The position numbers were made by a program, and so were the translations under genes. A stretch of 64,000 nt of DNA from Lingula anatina. Taxonomy: Eukaryota > Animalia > Brachiopoda. The notes under the pieces are model-generated. The model was not told where the DNA came from, did no database searches, and was given only the letters and a program-made list of their open reading frames with translations. Below, piece after piece: positions 1-14,800 of this stretch; positions within the stretch are counted from its first letter, which is position 1, and every line of letters starts with the position of its first letter. The DNA lies in contig CM120643.1 in the NCBI GenBank assembly GCA_051362555.1, positions 27,780,848 through 27,844,847 of the forward strand. Direction: 5' to 3'.

Positions 1-754
1 TGCAATTCATCATATACATGTGTACCTTGACATGACTTCGGGAGAAAAAGACAAACTCATAAGCGTGTTCCAGTCTGGTAAATTGTGTAGCAGTAATCAC
101 CCCTCCTCCATCTCACGCCCTTCCTTTGAAGGATATTACGTGAAACAAAATAATTCCAGACAAACATGCCGTCAATATAATTAGTGATATATTTCATGTG
201 CCAGCTGGCCAACCCAGACTTTTTAGCACTAGGTTAAAATTTACTATGCTCAAGTTGACACAGACATATTTTTTTTTCTAAAATGATCAACCTTTCATCT
301 AAGAGGTTAATGACAATTATAAAAGTGAAATCAAATTTCAAGTCATAGAATCTTTTCTGTTTTGGTGAGAAGGATTAATCAATTTTCTAACCCAGCTCTC
401 CACCTGTTCAGGTATGATGTAACATACCTGTACTACTACAGAAGACAGGTGGAACTTTATCAAAACAAATATCTGTCTATTTAGACCCAAGAAAAATCAG
501 AAAGAAATATTGGAAAGAAAGAAATTCAGTCAGACCAATATTTGCTATTTGAGCGAATTAAAACCAGTTCCTTATCAATTTAAATGGACTTTTTCTTCAC
601 ATTTTTGAACCAAAAGTTGCTTTCGATGATTGGACTACAACTAATGAAGTGCCCCCCCTTTTGTACCCTACTTCAGATCATATACTAGCTAACTGTAGAA
701 GTTCAAAGGAAGAGCCCCCCCCCAAGGTGTGTGGTAATCTATAATCTCACCTAC

Positions 755-853
755 CTGTAGAAGTACAGAAGAAGGGTCTCCCCCCAAGGTCCGTGGCTTG
801 GTCTCCTCCAGAATAATCCCTGTCAGCTCTATGTCTGTCAGTTTCTCAGCCAT
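755..853 (-). CDS. First coding exon of an unidentified gene running off the left edge
   Basis: Minus strand: acceptor tttcag|a, then ATG and 33 open codons MAEKLTDIELTGIILEETKPRTLGGDPSSVLLQ, then donor CAG|gtaggtgag. A candidate non-coding first exon ends at 2620 (donor g|gtaagtt). Product not recognised. Confidence 0.55.
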
Positions 854-2619
854 TCTGAAATGACCAAGATATGTTTAATCTCTTATTTTTCCTTTCATTC
901 TAAAGAAAGTGATGGTTGATTATGACAGTGAAGTTGAAACCCTATGAAAATACTGTTTAATGTATTAGCTTGTGCCAAAAATCACGCATATATTCCCTTA
1001 AAATGACTTTAACCTTGTGACTTGAATAACATAGAGATAAATGATATGATAATGGTGTAAAATATCAATACTGCCTTGCAGTGCATTAAGTAAGACTAGC
1101 AAATAACAAAGCTAATGAATTAGGATAGCCAACATGCACTTTTGACACAGTGACAAGTAAGGATCAAATGTGTCAGTATAAATCCAGCCAATTACATTAA
1201 AACTGGTAGAGAAATACAGAAAAAATAAACACACACACGGACATGAAAAAACACAATTTATATACAGTTCATGTGTATACACGTAGGTATCTCATTTTTG
1301 AAGATAGAATAATTCTTTCAAAAGAAAAACTAATTGACTTACTAATCATGAAAGTGAATTTCAATGCAGTAGCTTGAAATCCTACTGTACCACATGCTTC
1401 TGAACAAATCTAGAGAACTATAGTTTTACCTCTTTCTTTTCCTTTTGTTACGTCTCGACATCAACACAGAACAAAGACAATCACAAAAATTTGGTTCTGT
1501 GTTCATTGTGATATTTTTCTCAATATCCAATTGATTTAAACTTAAAAATTCCACAATACTGTTACTACTGCTACATACTACAACTGAAAAATACATTTAT
1601 GTCTGACCATCCCAAAGCATGCTGGTGTAATAATATCCAACAATTACAGCTCTCCAACAAAGGTGGCCTAAAATAACTGTCCAGCATAGATTTCCTTTAA
1701 TGTAAGACAGGTGAAAAATATGTTGACACATAATTTCATCAGCAAATAAGTCACTGATGGGATTAACACAGAGGTGGAATACCTTCACCTTTATCTGGGC
1801 TGAGAGACCCTGGAGTTAGCTCAGAGGGTTCACATGGAACACATCTCACTCAGATATTATAGTCTTTAAAAACTTTCTCGCATGTAGAATTTTGACCAGT
1901 GTAACTACTGGGTTTAACCTCTTTTATTACACAAAAGCACTCAAAATTTTGAAAAGCAAAGCAAAAAAAAAATGTTGAAAATGAACAAAATTGAGTCACC
2001 TAGAAAGCTATGTGTCCCTCTTGTGCCTTCTAAACCAGTCAAAACCAGATTTTCAACATCTTACCTATGTGCCATGAAAATAATGCTATAGGCAGATGTT
2101 CTAAAGAGAAAACCTGTCCCAAAAATTTCTTGGGTGATCTTTGCTATTCATCCATGACAATCTGGAAACGATCACTACCATGTACATGTTCTATTTTGAG
2201 TTTCTGATGCTATAATCTTACAGGGGTCTCACCTGACGGGGTGCTGCTATTTATATAATACATAAGTCTTAATAACAAGCTGTCACTGTGAAATGCGCAA
2301 TTTACTCAGCCCCACACTCGACCGCTTAATGAACATTGAAAAGGACTTTGGGTGTAAATCCGAGGCATTAATATCTACACTTGCATATGACTTTGCACCC
2401 ATTTTATTCGAGCACACATGTATTCAAACACCAATGACTCAACAAAAGAGTATTCGCGTTTATTTTCGCAATATCTGCGGAATTCATTTTCTGGAGTGTT
2501 GCAGTGGGATTCTAAATGAAATCGTGGATGTTGTCGTAAAACATAAAAATTTCCCCATAATTTGATACAATGAAGGGCTTTCTGTGTGTTTCTGTGACAA
2601 TATGTCATGTGCAACTTAC

Positions 2620-2864
2620 CTTTTCTAGCTTAAATCCTTCTTGAGCTAAAAATGACAGATTTAGGAGCAGAACTCCCGAAAAATATATGAGAAATTTCGC
2701 AATCTGAACAGCGGACGAATTTTCTTCACCTTGTTTGAACCTAAGACCAAAGAAACGCGCGATGTCATTGGCTATTTTTGTCCTTGACAGCAACCATCCA
2801 ATGATATTGTTTGAAACAAGTGTTCAGCGCCATCTATCAAATGTTTGATCAAAAGTAAACAACT
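2620..2864. promoter_or_regulatory. Probable bidirectional promoter and 5' exons shared by ACOT8 (+) and the unidentified minus-strand gene
   Basis: CpG-richer stretch between a minus-strand donor at 2619 and the ACOT8 ATG at 2865; an ATTGG (CCAAT) box near 2767. Confidence 0.45.
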
Positions 2865-5800
2865 ATGGGGGAAGAGTTGGAAAATCATCTTACAAATACA
2901 ATTCTCAAACTCGAAGAAATAGACGTCAACTTGTATAGGTAATGCCAATACTCTTTTCAAGTCTACGTAATCATATTACATTTTAGCAGTTTTTGTGTTA
3001 AAAGAAATGCTAGGAAAATATATCAGTATTTTAGTAACAATTCGTCTGCTACAAGTGTGGTGGGAAGTTGGGTAAACGAATTAATTAAAGTTGGAGGTCA
3101 ATATATGTGACTGTCTATAAGCACAAATGAGGCATTGTTTTGACACTTTTCTTTGGAGAAGTACTATTTGAACAACATGTTACATAGTACTGTAGGGGTT
3201 GAAATATCCAGCAACGTTGTATTTGTTACATACAGGTTGTTAGAATTTGTACTCTACCATACGTCTGTATAAGTTTATCTAAATATGTAAATATATAACT
3301 TGGATAACTTGGCTACACCACATGACACAAATAATCACCATATATAAATAATGAAGAGTGGAGCTGCTAGAGATGTCAAAAGACGGTTTGATTACCCTTG
3401 GCTTATGATAGAGGGAGAGGGAGAGACTACTATATAGTATTATGATTTCATTCCACAATTTTTTGTTCAGTACTGGAAACTTTTCTAATAATTTGCACAG
3501 GCTGCACTGTAAAACTGCCATGCCACAGAAAACTGTTGACCTTACATAATGCAGAGGCAATCAGCATAACATACTAGCATATAAAGACTGTCAGTTCTTT
3601 ATTTTCTTTTTTTTTTCATGCAAATACTTGTATAACTTCATAAGACATCTACGTATAATCTTGTGGTGAATATTGTTGTTGTGGCTGATATTTCAAGGGG
3701 CTCTAATTTATGGAAGCCAGTGAGGTCGCGGGCAGTGTTTGGAGGGCAAGTGGTGGGTCAGGCTCTGGTAGCTGCCTCAAAAACCGTTGCTGATCATCTC
3801 CATGTCCACAGTCTACACACATATTTTATTAGACCTGGTGAGTTTATTACCTAATATTTATCCAAAGTAGGTTTTGGCGTAATTTTGTTTTACATATTTT
3901 TATTACCGTGATCTGCTTTGTATGTTTGACGTGTTATTTTATTGGCAACTCAGCATCTGTTAGTTTTTTTTTTTAAGACAGGAATTGTAAGATTTCCCTG
4001 AAAAAAATGGTAATTAACAAATTTTCTTGGGCTAAGGGATATTTTTCTCCTTTTAACCAACCTTTGATCCTAATTCCTGATACTTGCTGTAACTGTGAAT
4101 CAATTTGGGAAAATTGAAATGTCCTTAACCCCAATGGAGTGATGGTTTTCAATTTTGGGGACATTAATTGATGGCATTAATCTATAAAAGTACTATCAAA
4201 AATATAAATTGTCTTCAGACATATGTTCAACAAAAATGGTTTATGTACTTAACTTGTGCTTATAATCCAATAGAATAAAAAAACTATAATCAAATAAAAT
4301 GATTGAAATAATACACACATACTCTACCCAAACTCTCTGCATTCCTTGCCATGTCTTGTTCTAGCTGTTAATGGTAATTATTCTGTTTTTCAGGAGACAA
4401 CACGTTGCCTATACTGTACCATGTGGATTGTCTGCGTGATGGCAACAGTTTCAGCACCAGATCAGTAAAGGCCACACAGAATGGGAATACTATTATTACC
4501 ATGCAGGTGAGTGAAGGATAGAAGGTGACTAGCTTTCAATTAAAACCTCTGAATATTTATCATAGGACCCAAATACCTACCCGGCGGGGGTCCGGGGACG
4601 AATCTCAGGAACCAGCAGAATTGTATTAAAAAAACATGGAATTTCCCATTTTCATGGAAGGACGGAAGGTACATAGATTAATATGTCCAATGAAGTTTTT
4701 TCATTGATTTTAGGCTGTAAATTAATATATTGATGTTTTTATTATTATTATTTGTAAAGCAAAATGCCAATATATTTATAATTATCAAATTATTGCATGG
4801 AAATATTGGTAAAGTGATGGTATCTCCAGGGGCGGATTTAGGGCGTCTTCTGGGTCTTCCGGAAGACGGTCAGATTTTCAAGTTTACATTGATGGGTATC
4901 TTATTTTTTTTGTCGGAAGACGGTCAAAAATGGAGGATGGATCAACAAAGATAAATTTGAAGACTGTCAGAAAATAACTCTGGATCCATCCCTGATCTCT
5001 GTATGACTCTTGAATTGAAACTTGTCATCATCAGTTGCAACCTATTTCTGGGTCACAATATGGCCACTGCTGTAGTGCCACTCACATCAGTTTTAACTTA
5101 GACCCAACATGGTTTGAGCATGCCCCTGGAGAAACCAGTGTAATCTGCTGTGAACATGACGGTGATAAGTATGTCATTTCCCCACCAGGTGTCATACCAC
5201 AAGGAGGAGGAAGGGGTTCTTAGCCATCAGTATACCATGCCACATGCCCCGCCCCCTGACAAACTGCGGACTACTGAGGAGTGCCTGAGAACTTTTCTAC
5301 AGTAAGGAGTTTTTTTTTAAATTCTCAATAGATATTTGTTTTGAGTTCTTTAAAAGCTACATATTAGCATTTATCTGCATGGATGGAATTGTAAACATTA
5401 AGGCATAAGCTGCATGGTAGAATATTTATTCATAACCAAAAAATTGTGTGATATTCAGTAATTTTTTTATAACCAAGGTATACACAAATCAAAACCCTTG
5501 AGAATTAACTTGTTTTTGGAGCCTTAATTTCTAGCGAAACTCATCAATCTCCAATTAGTGAGTTGCAAAAAGAGATTAAAAATATCTGAGAACTAAAAAC
5601 ATTTTGAAGATTATTGTTATGTTAACTGTTTGTGACATGTGGGTGAATAAAAGAAAAGTGTGGAATTTTCTAAAAAGAGATCTCTGTAAAAACTTCTGCC
5701 ACTCAGTGGGTTCAGTAGAATGTAGAATATAATTATCAAGATTGTGTTTCCATCACAGCTAACACAATTTTAATAATCCATGCATTTCATTTCTTTGAAA

Positions 5801-8800
5801 TTGCTACAGCCAAGTCACAATCTCACCTAACACAATATCTAACTGTCACACTATATGTGAAACAAAATACCACTTCCTTATTGGACCTGGCGTGACATAG
5901 TTCACTAGAAACTTGCCTTTGTTATCAAGACCATCTTGCTGTTTCCAGGTATATCTATTTTCTGTAGAATTTGCAGTGATGTTTCCTGAAACCTAAATTG
6001 ACACTATATATATACAAACACTGATACCATATGGAAGATATATGTGATCTTGCCTTCATGGCTTCCTCTCACAACACACACGCACACACATGGCATGATT
6101 GCACAAGATGGGGGTCCCATAAACCTATCGTACTAGCTAGAACAATCTAACTCCCTATATAGCTAGGGATTCTCACTGCTTAAACTGAATGGGATTTGGC
6201 AAGAATCCACTCAAAGATAGAGTGATCCTGCTAGTACGATAGGGGTATGGAAATGGTCCCTATGTACATGCAGCTTATACCCAGTGAACCATCATTTCAG
6301 ATATACAAGAAGTATATGTCACTGGTGTGATGTAATAAGTCATGTGGTTTAAGTTAAAGGTCATTGGCATGCAAGGCATGGACTTTTCTAAATAAACATT
6401 TTTAGTTTTATACATGTATGTTCATCCAATACTATAACTGCTATGTATTTTCTCTCCTCAGAGACACCAGAACCTCAAAGCAATCCAAAGCTACCATCCA
6501 GAAGGTTCTGGCTGATGAGATTCCCATCGAGGTGAAACCAGTCGACCCTCTGCTGTTCTTTAGTAGGAAGCGTCACTCTGATGTCCACAGTAAATCTCTG
6601 GTCTGGATAAAGGCCAGTGGCCACTTAGGTAAACTGTGGTGTTTGTAACTGGCCTTATACTGGGTACTCATGCCTAGATCGATCCATCTGGATCTGTCTA
6701 TAACTCCATGGGGAATCTCACTAATTTTCTATCAACTTAAACGGCTTAAATGTCTGTCACTCCTACTGAATCTGCTAGGGGGTAAATATAATTACACCCC
6801 CCCCCCCCCCCCCCCCCCCAACAGCTTTACTAGGTGTGACAGACATTTAAGCAATTGTTGACTATTATTGATTATTTTCCTCTTTGGCCCACTTCTGACA
6901 GTTCCTGAAAATTTCAGCAAAATGGGTCCAAAACTTTTTGAGTTATGTTGATGACAGACAAACAGGGGTGAAAATAACCTTCTTGGTAGAGGTAAATATA
7001 ATTCCAATGAAGCAGCTATTCAAACTTTTAATCTTTGAGTTTGATATATATATATATATTAAAAACTTATTTGCAATATTAAACAAAATTAACCTGGATA
7101 ATTATCACTGCTTCCTTAATATTAATCTAGCAGAGAGCTTAACCTTTGGGAGTTTACAGGGAAATATCATCAAGTGTGCTTTATGTAATCTCATTTAATG
7201 GCCAATTAATTAGGCAAATTACTTTGTAACACTGTAATTTGCTAAGTGATACCCAAGGGAAATTTACAGACTAACCCTCTCAAAGGTCTTTCAGGCCCAT
7301 TAGTCACAAGTTACAACTTTAGAAAAGCACAAAACAATAATGCACAAAATAGGAGACTACCAATTCTGATGCAATAATACATTATGTTTAACTGCACAGT
7401 CAACATCAAATTTTAATTTTGCACAACAGGTAACACTGACGAAAGTAAAAGCATAAGGCTTCAGGCCCATCAGAGTTCAGGTTTATACTTAGACATAAAA
7501 AACAATACAACTGCTTATGTGGAAATACAGAAATGTCAGAGCTTCAGGCGGATGAGAGTTAAAAGTCACAAATGCAAGTGCACTGCTTCCTTATTATTAA
7601 TCTAGCAGAGAGCTTAACCTTTGGGAGTTTACAGGGAAATATCATCAAGTGTGCTTTATGTAATCTCATTTAATGGCCAATCAATTAGGCAAATTACTTT
7701 GTAACACTGTAATTTGCTAAGTGATACCCAAGGGAAATTTACAGACTAACCCTCTCAAAGGTCTTTCAGGCCTATAAGTCACAACTTTAGAAAAGCACAA
7801 AACAATAATGCACAAAATAGGAGATTACCAATTCTGATGCAATAATACATTTTGTTTAACTGCACAGTCAACATCAAAAATTTTAATTTTGCACAACAGA
7901 TAACACGGACGAAAGTTAAAGCATAAGGCTTCAGGCCCATCAGAGTTCAAGTTTATACTTAGAAAGTGCCAGAATGAGAAAAATGAAAATTTCACACAAA
8001 ATTGCATAAAATGCATAAATAATAAATGATAACCCAATTGACCTGGCTTCTAATTTGAACTGCATGACAATCCCAAAAATCATACTTATTAGTTAAATCA
8101 TAGAAGTAGAGAAAACTTCTATGGTTAAATATAATAATAAGTAACACAGTTTTCTTTTCCTAATGTTTGCAGTAGCTGTGTAAAAAGATTATTGTCAATT
8201 TTGATGTAACATTACATAATGAATTATAGAATAATTATCACCAATTTTTGATTATTGACTATAAATAGCATGGACATGTAGAAAATTTGATTACCATTCT
8301 GCTTCATGTCCATGGGAGCTCCGAGACACACAATAAATATGCCAAAAAAGATAATGAATATTTCACTAAAATGTATAACTTCCAGAAAAAGAAGCCAATT
8401 AGACTGCTTTTTCAACTCGGGCTGCATTTTAGTCCCGTGTTTCTTTTTTGAAAGTTTGACAATCATAAGTAACACGGTTTTCCCATAATGGTCATCATGG
8501 CAGCAGCACCAAAAATTGTGTTTTTATGTACAGACACAGATGTGTCTGTACATATAGCCGTCATCTGCATCTGTCGTCGCCGTCGCCGTCGTTGCCGTCG
8601 TCGCCGTGCACTTTTACCGATAACACGATAAGTGGAAAACTGTTTTTTCTTTTGGCTTGAAACTTACAGAACTGATGAATATTCATAATACGCAGGTCAA
8701 GTTCGAAAATCGGCATGATCGGGTCACTTATAGGGAATTTATGCTGTTTTTTCACTTTTTTCAGCATATATGCAGCACCGATAACACGATAAGTGAAAAA

Positions 8801-11800
8801 CAATTTTACCTTTTGGCTTGAAAGTTACAGAACTGATGAATATTCATAATACGCAGGTCAAGTTCGAAAATCAGCATGATCGGGTCATTTTTAGGGAATT
8901 TATGCTGTTTTTTCACTTTTTTCAGCATATATGCAACCCCGATAACACGATAAGTGGAAAACCATTCTACCTTTTGGCTTGAAAGTTACAAAACTGATGA
9001 ATATTCATAATACACAGGTCAAGTTCAAAAATCAGCATGATTGGGTCATTTTTCAGGAATTTATGCTGTTTTTTCACTTTTTACAGCATATTTGCAGCAC
9101 CGATAACACCATAAGTGGAAAACCAATTTACCTTTTGGCTTGAAACTCGCAGAACTGATAAATATTCATAATACGCATGTCAAGTTTGAAAATCAGCATG
9201 ATTCGATTATTGTTAGGGAATTTATGCTGTTTTTTCATTTTTTTCAGCATATATGCAGCACTGATAACACAATAAGTGGAAAACTGTTTTTTCATTTGGC
9301 TTGAAACTTACAGAACTAATGAATATTTATAATACGCAGGTCAAGTTTGAAATTCAGCAAGATCGGGCAATTTTTAAAAGTTATTCTGTTTTTTTTTTGT
9401 TTGTTTGTTTGTTTGTTTTTTTTTTCAATTTTTTCAGCACTTTTATAACACCGATAACATGATAAGTGTAAAAATGCTTTTCCTTTTGGATTGAAATTTA
9501 CAGAACTGGTGAATATTTATAATACGCAGGTCAAGTTTGAAAATTGGCATGATTGGACTAATTTTACAAAAGTAATGCTGTTTTTTTCCCTTTATTCAGC
9601 ATACATGCAACACTGATAACGCATTTTAAGGAAAACCAATCAGCCTTTTGTCTTGCAACTCACAGGAGTGATCAATCTGACCAGTATACAGATCAAGTTT
9701 GAAAATAAGCTTGATCAGTTGAGTTTTGATGAAGTTATTAGCCTTTTTGTATATAAGTGGTTTTTCTTCAGATTTAATTCTTAAGCATGTTAACAGTCTC
9801 ATTACGGAACTAATTGGATATGTAAAAGTGTTGTTTTAACATTTTCTGCTTCTTAACAATATTGTTAGTTGATTATATAAAAGTGACGGTAAACCTATTA
9901 TCGTGCATTGTGTAATAAAGTATCAAAAATGGAAAGGAACTCATCATTGCAGTTCGTCAGATTCAATCATTCACAATGTTCAGAATCTCCAAATGGAGCT
10001 AATTGGACATAATAAATTGTTCTATTGATATTTTTCCTATGTCAACAATTTTCCTAGTTGATCATTTAAAAATGACAGTTAACTGATTATGGTTTTATGT
10101 AAAAAAGGTGTTGAAAATAGAAAGAAAATCATTTCAGTACAGTTATCTCTTGTTAACATTTTGGCATTTTGAAAGTGTGACCCTAACTTCCATGTCCTTG
10201 GAGACCTTTCCATATCACATTTTCTGAATATCCATGATACTTTTATCTTTTTATAAAAAAATGATGGTCATTATGTTGTTAAGTATTATGTTATATTGCA
10301 TGAAAGTTAAAGAAAACCCTATTTTGGACACTGCTGCCAGGATAGCGATTAAGGGAAAACCATGTTACTTATGATAATCAACCTTACTGAAAAGACTGAA
10401 GTGCAGCTTGTGTTGGAAAACCATGGTAATTGTTTTCTGTTTTGAAAGCAATGCAGTACAGTGCTATTTGGTGCATAAATGTATATGGATAGTAGGCAGT
10501 TAATTCAGGGTTATAAAATAATTTGCTTAATTGATTTTCAAGTTATTTCAGGGTTATAAAATAATTTGCTTAATTAATTTTCAAGTGGGCATTAAATGAG
10601 ATTACATAAACACACATTGAGATTTCATTGTAAAGTCCCATCGGTTTAGCTTTCTTAACTGTGTCACATAATTAGGAATCGATGATTATTATGCAGGTAA
10701 ATGTTATTTAATATGGAAAATAAGTTTACAAAAAATATTTTGTGTAACGCTTACATTAATGCTAAAGATGAATAACAGTGCCTTATTATTCTCAAACTCA
10801 ATAGGGTTATTCATATCATGTTAGTAATTGTACAGCTAGATTAAAAGTTTGAATAGCAGCTTTATTGGTATTTTTTGTTATGTTTTATTTTACATTTTCT
10901 TTTAATTTTTTATGCTGTTTTTTCTCACTTTTTTCAACATATATGCAACATTAATAACACAATATATGAAAAACAGCTTAGCCAATTGTCATTATACTCA
11001 CAGGAGTGGTCAATCTTACAAAAATGCAGGTTGAGTTCGAAAATCAGCGTTATCGGGCCATTATTTTAGAAGTTGTACTGTTTTTTCAAATTTCCTCAGA
11101 TTCAATTCTTAGGCATGTTAACAGTCTCATTATTGAACTAATAAGATACGTAAAAGTGTTTGTTTGATATTTCCTGCATCTTTAGAACATTGTTAGTTGA
11201 TTATGTAAAAATGATGGTAAACTTGTTATCATGTATTGTGTAATCAAGTGTCCAAAACGGAAATAAACTCATATCATTGCAGTTTGTCAGATTCAATCAT
11301 CCACATCTGCCATGATGACCATGATGGGAAAACTGTGTTACTTATGATTGTCAAACTTTCAAAAAAGAAACACAGGACTAAAATGCAGCCCGAGTTGGAA
11401 AAGCAGTCTAATGGGCTTCTTTTTCTGGAAGTTATACATTTTAGTGAAATATTCATTATCTTTTTGGCATATTCCTTGTGGGACTCGGAGCTCCCATGGA
11501 CATGAAGCCGGATGGTAATCAAATTTTCTACATGTTCATGCTATTTATAGTCAATAATCAAAAATTGGTGATAATTATTCTTTAATTTATTATGTAATGT
11601 TACATCAAAATTGACAATAATCTTTTTGCACTGCTACTGCAAACATTATGAAAAGAAAACTGTGTTATTTATTATTATATTTAACTTAAGAGTATGATTT
11701 TTAGGATTGGCATGCAGTTCAAATTAGAAAGCCAGGTCAATTGGGTTATCATTTATTATTGAATTTAATGCAATTTTGTGTGAAATTTCATTTTTCTTAT

Positions 11801-14800
11801 TCTGGCACTTTTTAAGTATAAACTTGAACTCTGATGGGCCTGAAGCCTTATGCTTTTACTTTCGTCGGTGTTACCTGTTGTGCAAAATTAAAATTTGATG
11901 TTGACTGTGCAGTTAAATATAATGTATTATTGCATCAGAAGTGGTAGTCTCCTATTTTGTGCATTATTGTTTTGTGCTCTTCTTAAGTTGTGACTTATGG
12001 GTCTGAAAGACCTATGAGAGGGTCGGGTATCATTTCGCTAATTTCAGTTATAAAGTAATTTGCCTAATTGATAGGCTACATAAAGCACACTTGTGATTTG
12101 AGATTACATAAAGCACACTTGTTGATATTTCCCTGTAAACTCCCATAGGTTAAGCTCTCTGCTAGATTAATAATAAGGAAGCAGTGATAATTATGCAGGT
12201 AAATTTTGTTTAATATTGCAAATAAGTTTTTAATATATATATATATCAAACTGAAAGATTAAAAGTTTGAATAGCAGCTTCATTGGAATTATATTTACCT
12301 CTGCCAAGGAGGTTATATTTTCACCCCTGTTTGTCATCAACATAACTCAAAAAGTTATGGACCGATTTTGCTGAAATTTTCAGGAACTGTCAGAAGTGGG
12401 CCAAAGAGGACAAAAATCAATAATAACAATTGCTACCTTGGCAGAGGTCTGCACTCTCGAAGTGCTTTTCTAGTTTTGTTATGTTTTCCTTTATAATTTT
12501 TTCTCAAACACTTGCATTTGTGACTTTTAACTCTCATCCGCCTGAGACTCTGACATTTCTGTATTTCCACATAAGCAGTTGTATTGTTTTTTATGTCTTT
12601 AAACATTATGTTACTTATGTAATATTATTTTATGCACTGTCATCATTTTTCAAATATTGAGACTTTCATCATGTGAATTTGAACTCTCATGGTCCTGAAA
12701 CTGTAATCTTATTGAAAGGGTAAATTGAGACCATCTTCTGGGACTTCTGGAAGACAGTCAGGTTATTAAGTTTATATTGCCTGGTATCTATTTTTTCTTC
12801 CGTTGGAAGACCATCAAAATGGAGGATGGATCAAAATAGATACTTTGGAATACTGTCAGAGAATATCTCTGGGTCTGCTCATGTTATTGACCATTTTACC
12901 TGTTGTGCATGATTAAAATTAAGTGTTGACTGATTATGTGCTATTATAAGCATTATTTATTATTGCATCAAAATTGACAAATTAACCTTTTTTGCATCTT
13001 TATTTTCTGTTTTTTGTCTGTACATTTGACAGCTTTGCTGCCTTGTTTTCTATTTTGATGCAACATTACATAATGCTTAACAGCATAATGACCATCAATT
13101 TTTAATAATAAAATATATGTGTCATGGATTTTCAAAAAATGTGACTAGCATGGGTCTTCAAGCCCGTGGAGGTTCTAAGTTGCACCTTGAAAATGCCAAT
13201 AAGTGAAAAATTAAATTTTCACAAAAAAATGTTAAATTGTCAGAAAAATTTAGCAAACAGACTGCATTGCCTACTGAAGCTGTATGTTAGACCCATGTTT
13301 CTTTCCTGTAAGTTTGAGAACAGCAAGTGACATGATTTCCCTTAAATGGTCATCATAGGAGCAGTGCCCAAAATAGGTGATGCAACATTACATAATGTTT
13401 AACAGCATAATGACCATCAATTTTCAATCATAAAATATTAATAACATGGACATTCAGAAAATGTGACAAGCAAAGGTCTTCAGGATCATGGAACTTCAAA
13501 GTCACACCTTGAAAATGCCAATAAGTGAAAAAATTTTAAATTTTCACAAAAAAAATTGTTTAATTGCCAGAAAAATTTACCAAACAGACTGCATTGCCTA
13601 CTGCAGCTGTATTTTAGTCCCATGTTTCTTTCCTGTAAGTTTGAGAACAGTAAGTGACATGATTTTCCAAAAATGGTCTTCATGGAAGCAGTGCCATAAA
13701 TAGGGGTTTCTTCAAATTTTGATGCAACATTACATAATGTTTAGCAGCATAATGACCATCAGATTTTCATAATAAAATATTAGTAAGGCCACCCTTTTTT
13801 ATTTTTATGGATGACATCCTCTGGGTACCCCAAAATCGGTGCGAGAGGGCGAAAAAAAAAAAAAACAGTCCAAAAAAAAAAAAACTGCTAAAGTAAAGGA
13901 ATGCTGTCAGTACACAGCTGGAAACACAAATTTAACCACAGAAACACGTATCAAACTAACAATATGTCTTTATCCATGCTCTCAAAATATTAAAGCATTG
14001 TGAATACTTCGTAGAAATGTAAAAAAAAAGTCATGAATTGATATACTTCATATTACCAAATCTATTTAAGGTTATTTCATGCATTCATTTGGTAAAGCAA
14101 TCAATAAAACAAATATCAATCAAACAGTGCGTCTTTATTTGTATTCTCAGAATATTAAAACATTTTGAACACTTCACAGAAATGTTTAAAAAATGATGCA
14201 AAGATATGCTTAATACTACCAAATCTATTAAAGGTCATTTCAGACGATGCCATTTTGTCAACTTCAACTCACACGAAGCAGCTTAACTGTCAGGTGGCCT
14301 GTCCGTCCTTCAGCCCACCAAATACCTCGACGCCCTTGTCGACCCTTTTTTCGCTACAGAAAACCTGGTATTAATGTGCTGCTTTATACAGAATGTCACA
14401 GAAATGTTTCGGCCGCCTCCAGCCTTTCGCACAATTGTAAAAAGGTGATATCTCCATGCCCAATATCAATGGCATACCAATCCAAAACGATGGCGCCCGT
14501 TCTCTTGATGACTTTTATTGTTGTGTAATTTGAAAGTAATCCTAGAGATGAATTTGACAGCAAAGTGGCCGCATTTCCACGTGGCGAAAATACGCATGCG
14601 CAGAAAGCTCATTTCCTTGCAAATTCAATAACAACGTTTGCGACAACCGACTTCGTTGGGGGCTGGGGGGGGGGGGCTTTTTTTTTTTTTTTTTTTGGAG
14701 AACGGGCGAAAATCCGTGCGCGCGCAGGATGTCATCCATAAAATTAAAAAAGTGTGGCCTAACATGGACATTCAGAAAACGTGACAAGCAGAGGTCTACA

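Larger units (their letters stand above)
8521..13050 (+). mobile_element. Composite non-autonomous Helentron-associated (HINE/pearl-like) element with 161-bp core repeats; right boundary approximate
   Basis: Begins with a T run, then a perfect 14-bp hairpin tatgtacagacaca-ga-tgtgtctgtacata, a (gtcgcc)n microsatellite and tandem core repeats. This is the known HINE/DINE-1/pearl layout. Confidence 0.65.

Noticed and set aside
8224-8488. Similar ORFs at 8224-8488, 11236-11522 and 13486-13703
   Set aside because: They recur only because they lie in inverted repeat copies; no protein motif or splice support.
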